Shown: positions 13,831-29,002 of the stretch, one piece after another
Layout of the letters: each line of letters starts with the position of its first letter
Position numbering within the stretch: position 1 is the stretch's first letter
From: Acanthaster planci
Taxonomy: Eukaryota
Direction of reading: 5' to 3'
Assembly: GCF_001949145.1 (NCBI RefSeq)
Contig: NW_019091359.1
Location: forward strand, 276,021-340,020
DNA length: 64,000 nucleotides
The notes under the pieces: model-generated
Database searches by the model: none
Seen by the model: the letters and a program-made list of their open reading frames with translations, nothing else
Told to the model about the DNA's origin: nothing
Position numbers and translations under genes: made by a program

Positions 13831-15593
13831 AGACTTAGAACAAATTTACCTATAACCGATGCCCATTTACAAACTCATCCGGTGTAATGCAGCAACCAGA
13901 AATTTTATGGCTTTGCCGGGTTTCAAACAACTTTCAGTGTATAATTGCATATTTTACCACAACGGTTCTATCCACATCAGTAAATTATTTTAGAAGAACC
14001 CCACTACCTTCCGCCCTAATCATGGTCATTAACTCTGTTATTGTACTTGAGAGGACACTTCCTGACGGTGGTGAAGATGTACCTTTCCCGCCAGAAAACA
14101 CAGGAATGCTAACCGCAACCTCTTGAGGCGTAAGACCGCGTACCGTACACTACCCCACTCAAAAGACCACGCCAGCCACTTTGATCTGGACCCCTTTTCG
14201 TTCAGCGTTGTAGATCATTTCGATGATGGGATACCGAAGCTCTGTAAATTGCCTCAAACGGGAGCAAAAATTGGGAGCAATTATGGCTCAAGATCGCTCC
14301 CCTGAGATCCTAAATTGGTTGTACAGATCAAAACTCGAGCGGCGGCTGGGGTGTAATGTCGAGCAAAGAAGAAAGACACCGCACCGCCAGACCGAGGCTG
14401 CCGAAAACTAAGCTGAAAATGAGGGATATTGTGAGCAATTAAGCGGCTAAATTTGAGCAATCAAGAAATGAAATGGGCCCTCGCTCGGACTTTTCCCATT
14501 CTGCTTTCTATATCTAACCCACTTGTTTCTCTCCTGTCTTCTTAAATGGATGCGGTTCGTCTCTGGGTTTGTCTCCTCATCTCCCCCAAGTCTCTTTGAG
14601 AAGCTTAGATTAGACCGTGTCGCCTTCAGGATTGAGGATACACTGCGCTCAGCCTGCAAGGCTTGTCTCGTTGGACAAAGGAGCTCATTTATACAGACGA
14701 GCCCGGGTAAAAAGAGGATTCGTAAATTCAAGGGGACACAAAAAAAAAACCCAGCGCTGAGTCTTGCCGTCGCCTGGCTGTCGTCTCCCCTGAATAGACC
14801 CCCTCCCTTGGGCCCAGTTTATCTCCGATTGTCCCTCTAGTATCAACACTTGCTTGTTTAAGACCTCATCGGGGATCCCTACAAGACTGCTCATTTTGAA
14901 AGAATCGGCTTGTAATTGCCGGGTCCTGCTGCCATTTTTTTTTCTTAAAGGCACCCTTTTCTCCACCCATTCAACTCCCGACTTTCGCGCCAGGACGATA
15001 ATACCCTCAAAAGGGGGAAGTTGACACAGGATTCCGGGGCTTATGCCTATTAATGGTGAACAAACCGAAGTGCTTGGTGGGCCAAGTGAGGATGTAGATG
15101 TCACAACAAAACGGGGGGATTGAAATGCGAAAGTGACAGTTTATTTCTTAATTGGGTGCACCAAAAGGGACAAACTTGAGCAGATGTCCAATAAGATGTT
15201 GTATCTGTCTCCAGCGAATGCTATGATTATAGCACCAGCTAGATGAAGACCCATGAAACTTTTAAGAGGAAAAAACAGTTGTGCCAACAACCTGTTGACA
15301 TGGTTTGTGCAAGCTGACGACTAAAAACGTCGCCTTTTAGAAAAAATAGAAACCATGAACATGTCAATCCCGTCAGTATTACCAGTTTTTGTTGACTTGG
15401 TTTCAATAATCAGTACTGTTTTTGCGCTGTAAGAACCCCAAGTGGCCAAAGAATGATGTGATTATTTTTTTTATTTCTTGGCTGCTTGAACCACGCGTGA
15501 TAGTCGTAGAGACAGTTAGATCCTGTTTTCGAGAAGCAAAACAGCCTTGTGCACTTAGCGGTTGTTATTCCTATTGGTTAGTGCAGTATCATA

Positions 15594-15854
15594 CATGTGC
15601 GTCACTGGGTAGGGAGCGCTTACCCCTTCCCTCCGGGGAAATGAAAACTGCAGAAAAAAAAGGTAAAAGCGGAAGAAATTTTTGAAAATAAAGGGGATGA
15701 ATATCACTAATTTGTTTGAGAAAAACCCAACAATCCAAACTAACTTCTTCAGCCATTAACAATTATTGTTTATCGTCTTTTAGCTGATGACTTCTTTGCC
15801 CCTTGGAAAAACAGGTTTGTTCCTCCCCCTACAAAAAACCTGGCGACGCCCATC
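15594..15854. mobile_element. Possible degenerate MITE
   Basis: Imperfect TIRs ATGTGCGTCACTGGG / CCTGGCGACGCCCAT (11/15 match) around an A-rich interior. Confidence 0.35.
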
Positions 15855-17018
15855 ATGGTATCATAGTCCCCGCCGTGAACGTGTTCTCTGTTTAAAGTGG
15901 CCGGGAAGTACCCGCCGATGACGTGTCCGCCGCGCCGCAGTCCTCACCAATGTGACTGTACGCCTGATGCAAACTTTTACTTACCCAGACTACATTTTCC
16001 TAATTCGAGTAACTAAGGAAGAGAACAGAAATAAAAGTTAAGAACAGTCCTCTCTTTAAATGTATTTTTAAAGAGAAAATGTTGATTTTTTTTGCCCTGC
16101 TGCATCAACAGTGTGTTCCGGGAGTTTACTTTGTCCATCAATGGTACCTTACACCAGCTTCCTAGAGTTACAAGGGTTTGACCTCGTTCCCACCGTCTCA
16201 CTTATTTGTAAGAGCACACACGATCATCCCCAGGCCAGGGTTACCCAGTGTTAGCTGGTCAAGCGTATCCAAATTGGGTGACAAGTATAAAACCCCTTTG
16301 ATTAAAGAATTTTAAATTTGACATACTTGATTAGTTGAGTTATAACTATCTAGCACATACTTTTGAACTCCTAACTCATTGTTTCTTTGACGTTCGCAGG
16401 GGAAAATTCTGTGCAACGTGTTGCTCCGTCGTTCTTTTCTACTTTCCGTGAGTACAATGTTTAGCTTTTCCGATGCTGGAACTCCTTCATAAAAAAAAAC
16501 AAATTCAAGCATAATGCCTGGCTACAGAAATGAATATCTCCGGCGCCATGGGACTTGTGAATAGTAATGAACGATGTGATGGCAGGAAAACACGAAAGAA
16601 CTGTCAGAATGAGAGGGAGTCCAAACAAGAAGGGGAAAAGCCGCCAAAAAATCCCGCCAGTTAAGACAACGGAAGGAAAGAATCGTTCCGCTTTCCTCAA
16701 GGTCGTCATTCCACGGTTGGGGAAATTCCTGCCTGATGTCGGGAGCAGGAAGAGCTGTGGGCCCGGCATCCGGAGATGCATAAGTCCGCCTTAATTCCTT
16801 CCCCGTTCCTTCATTGTCAACCGTCGTACTTGTCAACTGCGGGGGGGGCGTAGAGGTGAGATCTCGATATAAAGGTGAACTCGGCTGGCAGGACGAAATA
16901 TACCTTGCGTGAACACGTCTCGGGCACGTGCTCAAGAAGCTAGCCTATAGTTCTTCCATCATTTTTGTCAACCGCACGTCCTTAAAAGCCCCTTTAAAGA
17001 AAATAACAATTCTAATAG

Positions 17019-17090
17019 TATAGCGCATTTGAATATATCTATATGAAATGTGCGCTTTATAAATGAATAAATTAGTATTAATCATTAGTA
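17019..17090 (+). mobile_element. Possible L2-type LINE/SINE 3' tail remnant
   Basis: AGCGCATTT...AAATGTGCGCT stem-loop followed by TTATAAAT and a degenerate (ATT)n tail. Confidence 0.4.
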
Positions 17091-19755
17091 GATTTCGTCG
17101 TCTTCAGATGTTGGTTAATTCCTTTTTGATAAATTTACAATATGAACTTTTCAGATAAGTCATTACTCTACAAGATTTACCCGATCAAATGATATTTTTG
17201 TATTCATACCGAATTTTGAGATGTAACCAGTACCAACTCTCTAACTTATTTGTTGCTCTTACATGCACGGTGATGTGAAATACATAAAGACGGTGAAGTA
17301 TAAGATTTTCCATGCACAATACACGTATCTTTGAAATGCTTTTGTCCTTGGTTTTTACTTCGAAAGTCTAATCATAAACGAGCGTTTTTGTCAATTGCAC
17401 GGACTAGTTCAACCTGGCGCTTCAAACCTGTCTTTCCTTGACAAGTTATGGTGAATGTGAAATTATAACGTCAAGTCCTCAAGATTTCCCACAATTTATT
17501 ATTCCTTTTTTTCAATATGGGAGAAATTGAGACAATGTGAGACTCCGTTGCCTCCCGAAGGCCTCTTCAAGAAAGCAAAGTCCCAATGTTTAGAGTCTCA
17601 GTGATCTGATATTAACAAAGACCGACGACTGGTCGGGCTGAAAGATTCACGGTTTTACGGGGCGCGCGGTGAGTGGAGCGCCCAAGATGCTCAGTCGAGT
17701 GGTTAAACAATCGCCGGTCTGATCCGCCCGTGTCTACAAAGCCGACACGGTCGTGTATCCGTGTTCCGGTTGTCGTCCATCTTTTCCCTCGTCTCCCTCC
17801 CGGCACAGGTAATTGCCACTCCAACCCTTGTATGCTCATATGTTAACACACACACAACACCGAGTAGGCCCTTTTTCCCCTCTTGGGTCGCCGTTTCAAT
17901 CAAGCGGTGCCCGGCCGTTGCATGTTGCGAGACTCCTCCGGACCAGGCGCCGCTTCCGTCCCACCTGTTACGGCGGGGAGATGAGGGAACAAGGAGCAAC
18001 TTTCTCTTCACGGGCCGGCAATCAATCTCAACCCCCGCAACTCTTGTCCGGTCAACGCGACCGGGGCCGGACCCGTTCTGCATAGATCAAGGGCACTCAA
18101 TCGGCAAAGCCGGTCGTTGTTTAACGGGAGGGCGGCCAACTCTTCAATCCCCAAGTAATATCTCTGCCCCCCTCCTTCAACTTAACGCATCGCGTCGACT
18201 TCATCTTCAAGACGGTGTCTCCGAGACATGAAGTGGCCGCTCGCCGGAGGCCCTGTGTGTTTTTCTCGGTGTCCGGTGCTTGGGGGAGCATGATTGATCA
18301 TCGCCCGGCACCACTTGATGCCTCTCACAGCACGAGCATCCCATCGACGGCGCACCGTATGGTGTAACTTCAGAACTCTAGCGTCACCCCAATCCGGTCC
18401 AGTTCTTGCTCTCTCCTGAAGCTCTTCGATCTCGCTTGGCAAGACTAATATAGAAATGATACTTAATTAGGGGGCTGCCTGCGTGGTCGCACGCGGATAT
18501 TAAAACCTGTCGGCATTGCCTCCACTATTAAACCGAATGACAACATGTAAGAAGTCTGCGAGAAAAACCAATTAATTCAGCCGGCGGATACCTCCATGTG
18601 TCTGACATGTCGGTCTGTGATTCGGCTGATCCGCACTCATATTACGTACAGTCAACCTAAATACCGCCAAATTTATTTTCGAGTGAGTAAATATTTAACC
18701 AACCTGGCTTTGGAAATATTGAAATTGTGACACATCATCCATTTGGGCTGAAAACTTATTCTTAACCACAGCAAAGTTTGACAGAGGGATATTAGATTGT
18801 GCACTTTTATCAGTTTTTAAAAAGGTTTGGCGCCGTCAATTTCTGGGACAATGGGTATGAAACTTCCAAAAATCGTGGTTACTTTGGGCAAACATTTTGA
18901 CCGAGTTGGGAGGATTCGTTGACACTTTGGCCAACATTAGGCAAAATGTAAACTTTTGAATAATACCATTGTTTATTAGTTTGTATCATTATATATCGAA
19001 CGTTAACAATGATATGTGCTGTTGTAGGTAAGTGAAGCAAGTTGATCATTATTTTCTCTGTAGCCAATGGATTCACAACCTGTACACGAGTTGTGCCGCT
19101 CAATTACGCGTCACATCAACGATAACGATTAAATGCAGTTTCCCCAGTCCACTGCCCTGTCACGTGCTACCCAACACCTTAAGATTTTGGTCACATTAAA
19201 AAAAAACTCAAATGGGCGGGGTGCAATCTGCTGCAACGTGCATTCCCCGACATCACAGTCTTGCCATTTGTGTTCGTGCTGAGAATGTGTGACTTTTTAG
19301 GGTATGCCTTGTGCACAATTTGACATAAATTTGACACGAAATGTCAAATTTTGGATGCTGATGAGTGCCCCAAATTTAAATATCACTGAGACAAATGCTG
19401 ATCGAACCAACTGAGGAGTATAATTGGGCTGTAATTATAAAATACTTCGCTTGATTGGTCCGAAACCTTGCGGGTATGCACAACATGAATGCTGCTAACC
19501 TATGTGTGCATCCAGTTTCAACTAAATCTGTTAATGTACAGCCGAGAATGGAGGTATGGGCTTTGCCACCTGACATGAGAGGGTTAAATAAACAGCTCGG
19601 TCAGGGTGAAGACCTCGGGTCGGTGGTATATTACACACAATCCTCTTTCCAGTACCATTAAAATCTCCACCTTCCTTTAGTTCATGTGCAAGGGGATGGT
19701 GGGCCCGCCTATGAGTAAAAATATTCCCATCCAGAGAGTGACAATATCGGCAGGG

Positions 19756-19953
19756 TATCCGCCTCGAGCAGAAGCACCCCCTCATCGGTTGAAAGAGCCG
19801 TGCTGGGCGAGAGTGTTCATTTTGTTGGTAGCGATGCGACCCTGACGCGTGCATTTCTTAGTCGTTCGTTTACCAGCGAAGTTCAGTTCTGACCAAAGGA
19901 GCCTCCATTGCTAAGAAAATAACGCCCTCTCTTGGTCCTGCTCGAGGCCCATA
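19756..19953 (+). mobile_element. Interspersed repeat family B, copy 2
   Basis: TATCCGCCTCGAGCAGAAG...CTTGGTCCTGCTCGAGGCCCATA; shares ATCGGTTGAAA and ACCAAAGGAGCC blocks with the other copies. Confidence 0.8.
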
Positions 19954-22900
19954 GAATTGTGCAGGGCTTGTGGAAATTTGTTGGCACTACCCAACTACAT
20001 GTACATGCATTGATCGCCAAGACATTGCGTCGATGTGGATTAAGCTTATTAGAAAAGCACTGCAAAGCGTTCCGTGTCATTTATAACATCCAAAAAGTGA
20101 TTCCTCCTTGTGAAATCATGCAGCCTGATTTGCTTCTAACGTCGAAAACTATAAATGGCCCATCGCTTCCGTTCATTCGCCATGTTTGGTTGGTTGTTTT
20201 AAAAGCAAACGTCACCCATCTCTTCTCATTTATCACTGTCCCTTGAGATAACTTTGGAAAAATAATATAATACTGATCAAAATAGACATATTATTTACAT
20301 TTCTTAGTATTTTTAGGACCCCATTTCCTGCTTCATCCTTTTCAATTTTGGTGTCTGATCTGCAACCTTAGAGTAATTGTACTACACAGGCGAACGCGCG
20401 CCCTTTCTTCCGCATAATGATTAAGAACCGCAAATTCCCGCTCGGCAAATTCTCCAAACAAACTGTCTAAATCTTTCCATCTCCCTGTGTTTCCGTGGGC
20501 CTTGCAAATCGTAATTTTACCTCCAGTCAGTTCAAGACGCTGCTTTAGACGCTGGCTGTGATGCCCACGAGGTGGTGAGACCATGACGAGGATATACCCA
20601 CGAGGCACTGTATCGTAAACTAGCCGATACCACCGCATCGTGCCAGCTTCCCCTCACGCCCGTCCTGCGCTGATGAACCGCCACCTCTCTGCCGCCACGT
20701 GCTACCCATGATTTCCCGGCCGTCCATCAAAGCCAGTGCCCTCCCAGGTACGGCCCCGCCGTACTAACTCGGCGCACGCCTCAACATTTCCTTGCTGATA
20801 ATTAGAAGTTAGTAGTTTGACGCCTCGGCACCGTCTCTGGTCTCTCTCTCCTTTTGTGCTGAGTCGAGGAGAGAGGGGGGATCATAACCGCTCATTTTCG
20901 AGCCCTGTAATGAAAATTCTGCCCGGGGCTACTCTGAGAGATAAGGCGAGAGAGGGATGAGCTTCCGCCATTTGGGGGCTCGAAATCACTTATGGATACA
21001 TGTTGAAATTAGAACATAGATTCGCGCTGCAAGTAGCGATGACGGCTCGGAATTCCTGATTCTTTGTGTTTTGTTTCTTAAACTGACAGACAGACGCGCC
21101 TAGCCTGTTTGTGCTTCACATAATTACCGAAAAAACGAATAAATTCACGGGTTCCCAATCGCCGTTCATTTCTTGCATTTGCTATGAAATAATATCGACT
21201 GTGCGCGTACACATCACATTTAAAGAAACCAGCAAAGTGACTAAAATGGACTGACTGGTATCCGTGTGCATGATTATCCCAAAAAGGCTCAGACAAAAGT
21301 AATGAAGGAACCATTCAAAGGCCGAGCATTTAGAAAGGCAGAATTTTTGGAAATAAATAAATGCAGCAAACTAGAAAACAGTTCAATAAGTTTTATGAAT
21401 ATATTTATAATTATAAATGTTAACATTCGATGTGGTTTTTAACTGGACAATTCTTTTCTCTTTGTTTATTCGGAAGCTTTTCCTGAGGGAAAAATTAATG
21501 CAAATGATAACAAGGACCCAAGAGAAAGACAGACAAACTTAACAAATTTTGACACAGAACGCTGTGCTGCAACAGTAGCATATGGACGAATCTTTCCTAT
21601 CATACTTCGCACAGGGAGGAAAAAAATATCCCTTCAGAAGGTTCTGGCAGTGTTTGAAATGGAAGCATACATCTCTCCAATTGAAAAGGGAAAGGACTAG
21701 TTGTTTTCCTGCCAACTTTCTTCAATAACCCCCTCGGAGTTTAGGGAATGAAGGGCAGGCATTTCACCCTGAAAGAGCGGATCCGCCCAAACATTTTTTC
21801 TTGATGTCATAGCAATGCATAATTTTTTCCCCGAGCTTTCAGGTGCTTCCCATTAAATGCCTTCTTATCACCTTGACACCAACTGTATGGAAGTCAAACT
21901 GATCTGGCGAAACGCCCATTTTTCCTAGACAGATCAGCCCAAAATGTAAAGTTTACCCAATGACGCCTCCGAGGCAGCGATACGTGAGGCCGTGAACTTG
22001 ACAATAACAATAAAACCAAGCCATACGTCACATTGAATTGAAACGTCAAATAATGTAGTCATTATGAAGTCTTTCATTGCATACAATCAAGTTTCTAAAA
22101 AGATCATCCATAGGATCGTCAAGATCGGGGGGGGGGGATTCCACGCCCAACGGTTTTTAGGTGTTCCGAAAAGCCTGGCTTGCGAGGGTTAATTAAACAG
22201 CGGACACCATCAACCCTCCCCCCACTTCGCCTTTGAATACACATTAGGGGAGAAAAATTGAACCGCTTTCAGAACAAAAATCTAACCGTCCCCGGCCCTA
22301 CTCATTGCCTGAATCGCCATTAAGGACGTACAAAGCAACTCCCTCTTTCATACAGCATTTATCTGTAGAGCGGTTGAGCCGTTCATAGCTTTATGCCTGA
22401 GAACTCACCGGTCAGCAACCGACACATCTCTTCCAAATACTACCCAGACCAAGTCTTCATTGTTACTGAGTGTATCTGCTTCGAGGATTATGGGAAGACC
22501 ATTGGTTATCAGTCATAATAAACCGCTAAATTCATGCAATGGGAGGTGAATTTCTGCAGTTTCACTGTGTGACGTTGATGATGATTGTGTGAGATGCGGG
22601 TCCAGAGCCAAGGAACATCGAAAGTGTTACTTGCGGCCCTGCAGTGGTAGCCCCCTCCCCCGCAAAATGTTACTTTATATTTTTCGTCAACCTTGCCCAA
22701 GCCATCACTAGAATCCCGTGAAAGCAAACGGCGGACAATATTAATTTGTAACTCACTGTTTGAAAGTTTTGTTTTTGTTTTTTGCTGTACGATATAATCA
22801 AGTATGCATTAATTCGACGTATCTACCGCAACAAACGCCATGGTGACGTCAAGGGACATGACTAACTCTAAGGGTTGATTTCTTCAAACAAAGTTTCATA

Positions 22901-25900
22901 GATGTTATTTACAAGTACTCAACTTCAACAAAGACAGAGGGTGAAAGAAAAATACTGGCAACTGAGCAAGATGACAAAAATTACGCATCAAAATGCAGAC
23001 TGAATGATTATCCTCCTATATTCGTCTGTTCAATTTCCGATTTTTTTCCTGATCACTTTGACAAAATTTAGTGTAACCCCCCCCGTTCCCTTTTTTGAAA
23101 CCTATGACCTGAATTGCCTCTCACCTGTCCAAATACAACAGAAAATGTTTAGTCCCACAATTCCTCATCACCATGGCTTTTCAAATCTTTCGTTCAACTC
23201 TAATGTAATGAGACCGTTGTCAGAGATTTGGTCTGCCATCTGCTTCGAAAAAAGAAACCACTCGGACATGGATAATGTTAAACAGCGTGGCATTGGCAAC
23301 AGAAGCCATTCAGAACAAGTAGCAACGATACCAATTGGAAACAAAAACGAAATAAGTCAATCAAAATTAAATAAATTTCCTCCTGGGATGCGAAAAAGCA
23401 AATGTACGTCAGTAATCCGTGGTCTACATGCATTGATGGCGCTGGTAACAGGATTGTGGGGGGAATTGATAAATAATAATGAGCTTGATTAGTGTGCTTC
23501 AAATTAATGAAGTCTGTAGCAAGAAAACATTTACATGAATATTAATTTAGTCTATATGGGAGAGTGGATTAATGCCAAAATTCTAACCAATTTATGGAAG
23601 ACTCAATCTGCTTTTGTAGCTCTCAGTGCTCTCATGAGTCTCATGATATTCATTCATTCGTTCATTCCTGCAGGTATTTCCATTGGTACACCAATGGCTT
23701 TTATTACTCGAATATTAAATCTCTGTCATCGTTTGGTTTTGTCCTTTTGTGTAAATGATATCTGACAGTCACCGCCCCTTTGACCAGTGAATAAATGGGT
23801 GGCGAATGTTGACGTGATTGTGGTCCTGCGGGGAGGGCTTCGTGAATGGCGGGGCTTGGCCGGCAGAGCGGAGCGTACCCGCCGGGCGAGGCGAAGGGGC
23901 CCCATGCCGGTTGAGAAAACACCAAACGACGGGGAGGCGGCTGGGTTTCCGGCGGTCCTCGCCTAACGGGGCTACGGGGGCTGACTGGCGGGAATCCTCG
24001 TTGTATCTGTAACCACGTAGCTCAGAGACACCCTAATGTTAGCGCCATCTGTGTAATGCATTTATGCTGGGGGGAAAATGGGCTAATTTCAAGAGTCACG
24101 AACAAGCTCAAGACTTTGACCCAATTGGTTGTGGTTGACCATTTATGCAGCAGTTTTCTTGAGTATTAGACAATGTGATACCAGAATAGCACAGATCAAG
24201 TAATCGTCGGGAGGTACTGCCAAACTGGTCCCCTGGACGTGCACATCGTCCTCAGTTCTTGAAGAGCATGGTAAATTATATATAAAATATTCGGGAGTAT
24301 ATTTTCAAAACATATATAGCTGTCTCGTTGTTTTTACACATTTCAGTAGAGGGATACTTGTGTTCCGGGAATCTTTGAAGGTTTTTTTTAAATTTTGTTC
24401 TGGTCTTGTTCTTACAGATTAGGCTCGTAGCGTTCATGGTTCAGTAAAAAGGATCCTCGGAATGGAAGCCGGCTGTATTTTGTAAAAATCGATGCAAGAC
24501 TGCGAGGCGAAGTTATTTAAACCGCACGGCTTCAATCACTAGACTTGTCCTTGTCCTTGCTCGTCATCGACAGTCAACATCGAGGGGCCCGAAATAGCCT
24601 TGATCCTAGGCTGTTTGGCGGCCTGGCACGCCCCCGTTACGATATCGTGCTCAGACCCCTCTCCGCACCCCGCCGTACATGGCGACAAATCCCGGCCAAT
24701 TCAATTAACTGACGTCTGGGGGCCTCCGTCTTGTACCGCGCGGGGTTGTGTAATAAAGTCATCTTGTTATGATATCTGTCGTGTGTTTTTCCAAGTGATA
24801 CGCCTCGCAGGCGCGGATTGGCCGGCGATCAGTTGGAGACCTCCCCGTCCGTTAGGCAGTTATACGCGCCTCGTGGCCCGGGGTCCCAGGAAAAGATTCA
24901 TAGAACAAGAAGTAAAAAAAAGTCCCAACGAAACTGAAAACTCATCCTTCCGAATCATTGGGTAATTGAAAATGAAACAGGCGTTTGATCCAGGGAATCC
25001 AAACCGCTGCGAGGCAATTTCCCGCTGTCTCGTAGACAGGCGATTCGGTCTTTCCCGACGACTGCCCGGGCCGCTATCTTCCGATCGCCGGTCTCCTGGG
25101 ACGATCCATCTAGCGCTGTCTCTCCCCACTCACAAAAATATCAATATTATGGGGCGCTGCAGGACGCGCGCCCAGTTATCTTGTCATGCAGCATCATTCT
25201 ACAGTCTCGAGGCAGATGAAAAAAAAAGGTGCGCTTCTTCTTGCGATAATAGCCGCGCAATTTGGCCAAGTAGGGAAACCAAGGTCGTGGCCAAAGCGAC
25301 GGCTTAGACCGTGGAAGTGAGATGGTAAGAGCACGTCAGCAAGGCCTTGGTACATCCACCGTGCATAAACACTACTGACAGGGACGGTGGACTCTCTGCC
25401 TAATATATCGGTGCACGGCGCGGCACATATAGGCATCATTGGCCTTGGACGCGATGGTAAAGCTGTCTTTTTAGGGAGAGAATTGGGCCGGACTGTCGAA
25501 TCGAGGCGACGACGAATCCCGCTCCATCTATAGCCGTGTCTAGCTCGGTGCAATCTTTGATCTGATCAACTGAAGTATAGGCACATTAAAACAAACACTG
25601 AATCTAGATCACGGCTTTTAGAATCAGCAATAATTAATGTTGGCAGCCTTAATGGGAGGCCTTAAGATGCGTTTTCAGGTTATTCTGATATTGGTTTAGT
25701 CAGCCATGGCTGTTGTTGAACGAGCAAGCCACAGAGCTTGTTCAATCAGACACAGTAAGGGCCTTGTCTCCAGGTAATGCATCCATTATTCCCAAATCGC
25801 TGCCGTGTTTTCTTTCTTTCCTCGGTCAAGGTTGGTTGAAACGATCTATTGTTTTCCCTTCCAGAAATGCAGGAACGCCAGGCAGTTTGAGATATAAAAA

Positions 25901-28900
25901 TGAGGAGACTGCATTGGTGAAAATTGTTTGTTGTCATTTTGGGGGAAATGTTCATTATATTTACTGAATGAAAACTTCATCAACATTCCCAAATCAATGC
26001 CGCCAAGGAGCTACTTGAAGACGCCCTATTGCTATTCCTTGTTCCAACTTGAACATTTGAAGCATCATCGGTCTCACGTGCCTTATTAACGAATAAACAA
26101 CTAGTTCTCCTACAGTCCAAATCCTTTGCATTTATTGCTTTTAATTAAATGAAGTGACAATCTGTTTTCCTATCGCATAAGGTTTTTCTCTTTTATGGAA
26201 ATGATATCATTTACCTTGGGCCCAAAACGTGACACGACTTTGGATCCATAATTAAGAACAGATAATAAGAGCAAACTTCGGTTAACTTATCACTTTTATT
26301 TGACTTTTTAGTGTCTAAAGATCTCCTGGGATTGTTTTCTATTCAAGATGGCAGACTCATTGAGAAAGTCCCGAATAGCGTCAGCTGTCTGGCTGGCACC
26401 TACCTGGATCATGATCTCACGTAGTAATCCTTCATTTTTTTGTGAACTGTGTTCATTTGGGAAATTTAATCATGTAAGCCACTTTCGAAAGCTAAATATG
26501 GGATGTCTTTCTAATTTCATTGACATGACTTTTCCCTCCCCATAAGCCAAAATCAAACCTAACACTGTTAATTCAACTCAAGTAATTGCAATTTCATTCG
26601 TTGATGTTTCTGCTTTACAGCGGGAAGAAATCCGTTTCACCTTAAGCTGCGACAAGCGGAACAAGAGTGCAGAGAATAGTATCGAGAGACATTGATATTG
26701 GCTGATACTAAACCATGTTAAAAAGCAATTTTGTGACAATTTAAAGCACACTTTAGTCGGAGGACTTTCCTTCCCACTTTTTAAAAACACCGTTGACCTT
26801 GCCATTTTTAGGACCTTCGGTTTTAAGTATGCAAATGTCATAGATTGTGACTCCAATTTGCTTGTTCGAAATTTGCGTCCTTTCTTAAGAAAGACAAACA
26901 AAAAAATGCATTTACATAGAAAAAGAAGCGGTCGATATTCGACGTGGCAGACCCATTTTATAATTCGCTGGTTGGCGTTGCAAGGAACTGTAAAAATCAT
27001 CTTTTCTGCACAACCCTGACACATTTAATTACAGTCCTTTTTAACAGTTAAGGCTGCATAATGGCACGGATTCTCCTCTTTTTAAAATCTTTTACACGCC
27101 AGCGAGTAATCGTGTCTTCCGGACAGACTCGCCTCTATCTCCAATGCGCATGAGTGGAACATTTGCACATGTACTACCAACATAATAATGTACCGTCATA
27201 ACGACCGTGTCAAAAGTCTTCACACATAGGCCTAGCTGACAAAACTCATTACACTGAATCACATAAATCTTGTGTAGTTTTTTCTATATTACTTTATTTA
27301 TTTTTTGTTAAAGTTGCAATGACTCAGATGAATTTTATTTATCTTGTTAAGCAATGTTCTAAATTGGATTGCTTTTTTTTAAATTGGGTATTAAGAATTT
27401 GGTTAGTAGGAGTGGGATGGTCGGTCACTCTGTTATAACGTATTCAGCTTCATGCTTGTTGAAGTTATTAGCAATCAGAACGCAGCCTTCAAAGGTCGTC
27501 GTTGACGTAGCGAAACTTGCAAAGTGCCATTTTGTATTTTTTCCACATAAAGAGGTATTTGCCTCTCCTTGTGACATCTAACGAGGTTTCCATGGCCTTT
27601 TTACTTTCAAAATATGGTATTTTCATTGAGAATGTTCCGCGTTGGAGAATTTGAACACTTGAGAGTTAAGAAGCGCTTTCGCGAAAATACCGGGTACGAT
27701 TCGGCTGAAGATATAATTTGCTGCCCCCTTATAAAATGGATCACTCATCTCTATTATAGCCTTAATCTCCCGTGTATCATATTTCTCTTATACTCAGATT
27801 CTGAATTTGACATATTTAACTCTCTTTGTCAATATTTGGTAAAATTATAAAATCCTTGAATACATTCTCTGAAAGTTACGCTCAAAAAATGGTGATGAGT
27901 TAGCAACGTAGGTTCGTATTTAAGGCCTATTAAAATTGTCTCAAGTCGTGTGAATTTCATGCTCTGAAAGTTGTCCAAGCCCGGCCGTGAGGCTTGGACA
28001 AAAGTTGTAATCAGGGTACATAGGTTGAAGACAGCAGTTTGTGTCAAGGTGAACCCATTTGGTATAAGTGCTTCCTGCTCGTTTGGCTTTCCTCTTCCTC
28101 GCCATTTCGTGCCAAGTCGGCTGATTTTAGCGCAATTTTTAATGATCCCAAAATGGGAAACAGCAATCAGTTCTTTTGTCCGCCCCGCTGATCACGCGTC
28201 AGGGACCGTCACCGCTGACGATTAGTGACGTGTTGTATGTGGCGACTCTTCCGTGAGTTTTTGACGACAACCGCACTGGAATATTGGAGAAAGAGACAAA
28301 ATCTGATTTCATTTTTTTTTTCTTACTCGATTGACGGAGACGGGTGAGAGATCACGACGACAGTATTAATAAAGAGTAATCAAACGAGGTAGTGGTTTTT
28401 AATTTTTTTTCTGCCAATTTGACAGCGGGATGTGCAACTGTGTGGAAGCAGAGGGAAATGAGGCATGGCATTACTTCTGTCAGCAAAACGTGATTTCCGG
28501 AGGAAGGAAAAATGATGTTACAAGAAAAAAAAGTAATTTTTCAGCAGAAATTCATTGCACCCGACAGCCTGAAACAACTTGTGACATTGGCTTTTTTTCC
28601 CCCCAAAAAAACTAACTGGTGTTGAACCAAGTGTCCCTGAAATAGTCAATGCCATCCTTGTTTCTGTCGACAGAAGAAAGCGAGGGAGGAGACTGAGGTA
28701 AATGATTACACCGCAGGATTGGATTGGTGGGAAAGCCCCCGGGATTTCATTATGAACTGATGTGTCGAACTTCTGCAGAATTGTCTTGATTTGACTGTCC
28801 AGAAAAAAAACGCAAAATAAACAAATTCAAACCACACAAAGGAAACTGAAAACACAAAAGTCCAATAATAGGAAGAGATCACATAAATGTTCAATAACAG

Positions 28901-29002
28901 CGTGTAATTATAAACTGCAACTTCATGCATTTAAGATAAAAGAAATGAAGTGGAAACTTCAGACATTTCAATCTCATTGCCTCTTCAAAAAATCATCAAT
29001 CC

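Noticed and set aside
16522..16935. 137-aa ORF with a protein-like Pro/Thr-rich stretch
   Set aside because: No recognisable family, non-ATG start, no partner exons identified.
19179..19379. Weak TTAA-bounded inverted ends
   Set aside because: Match too short and gapped; single copy.
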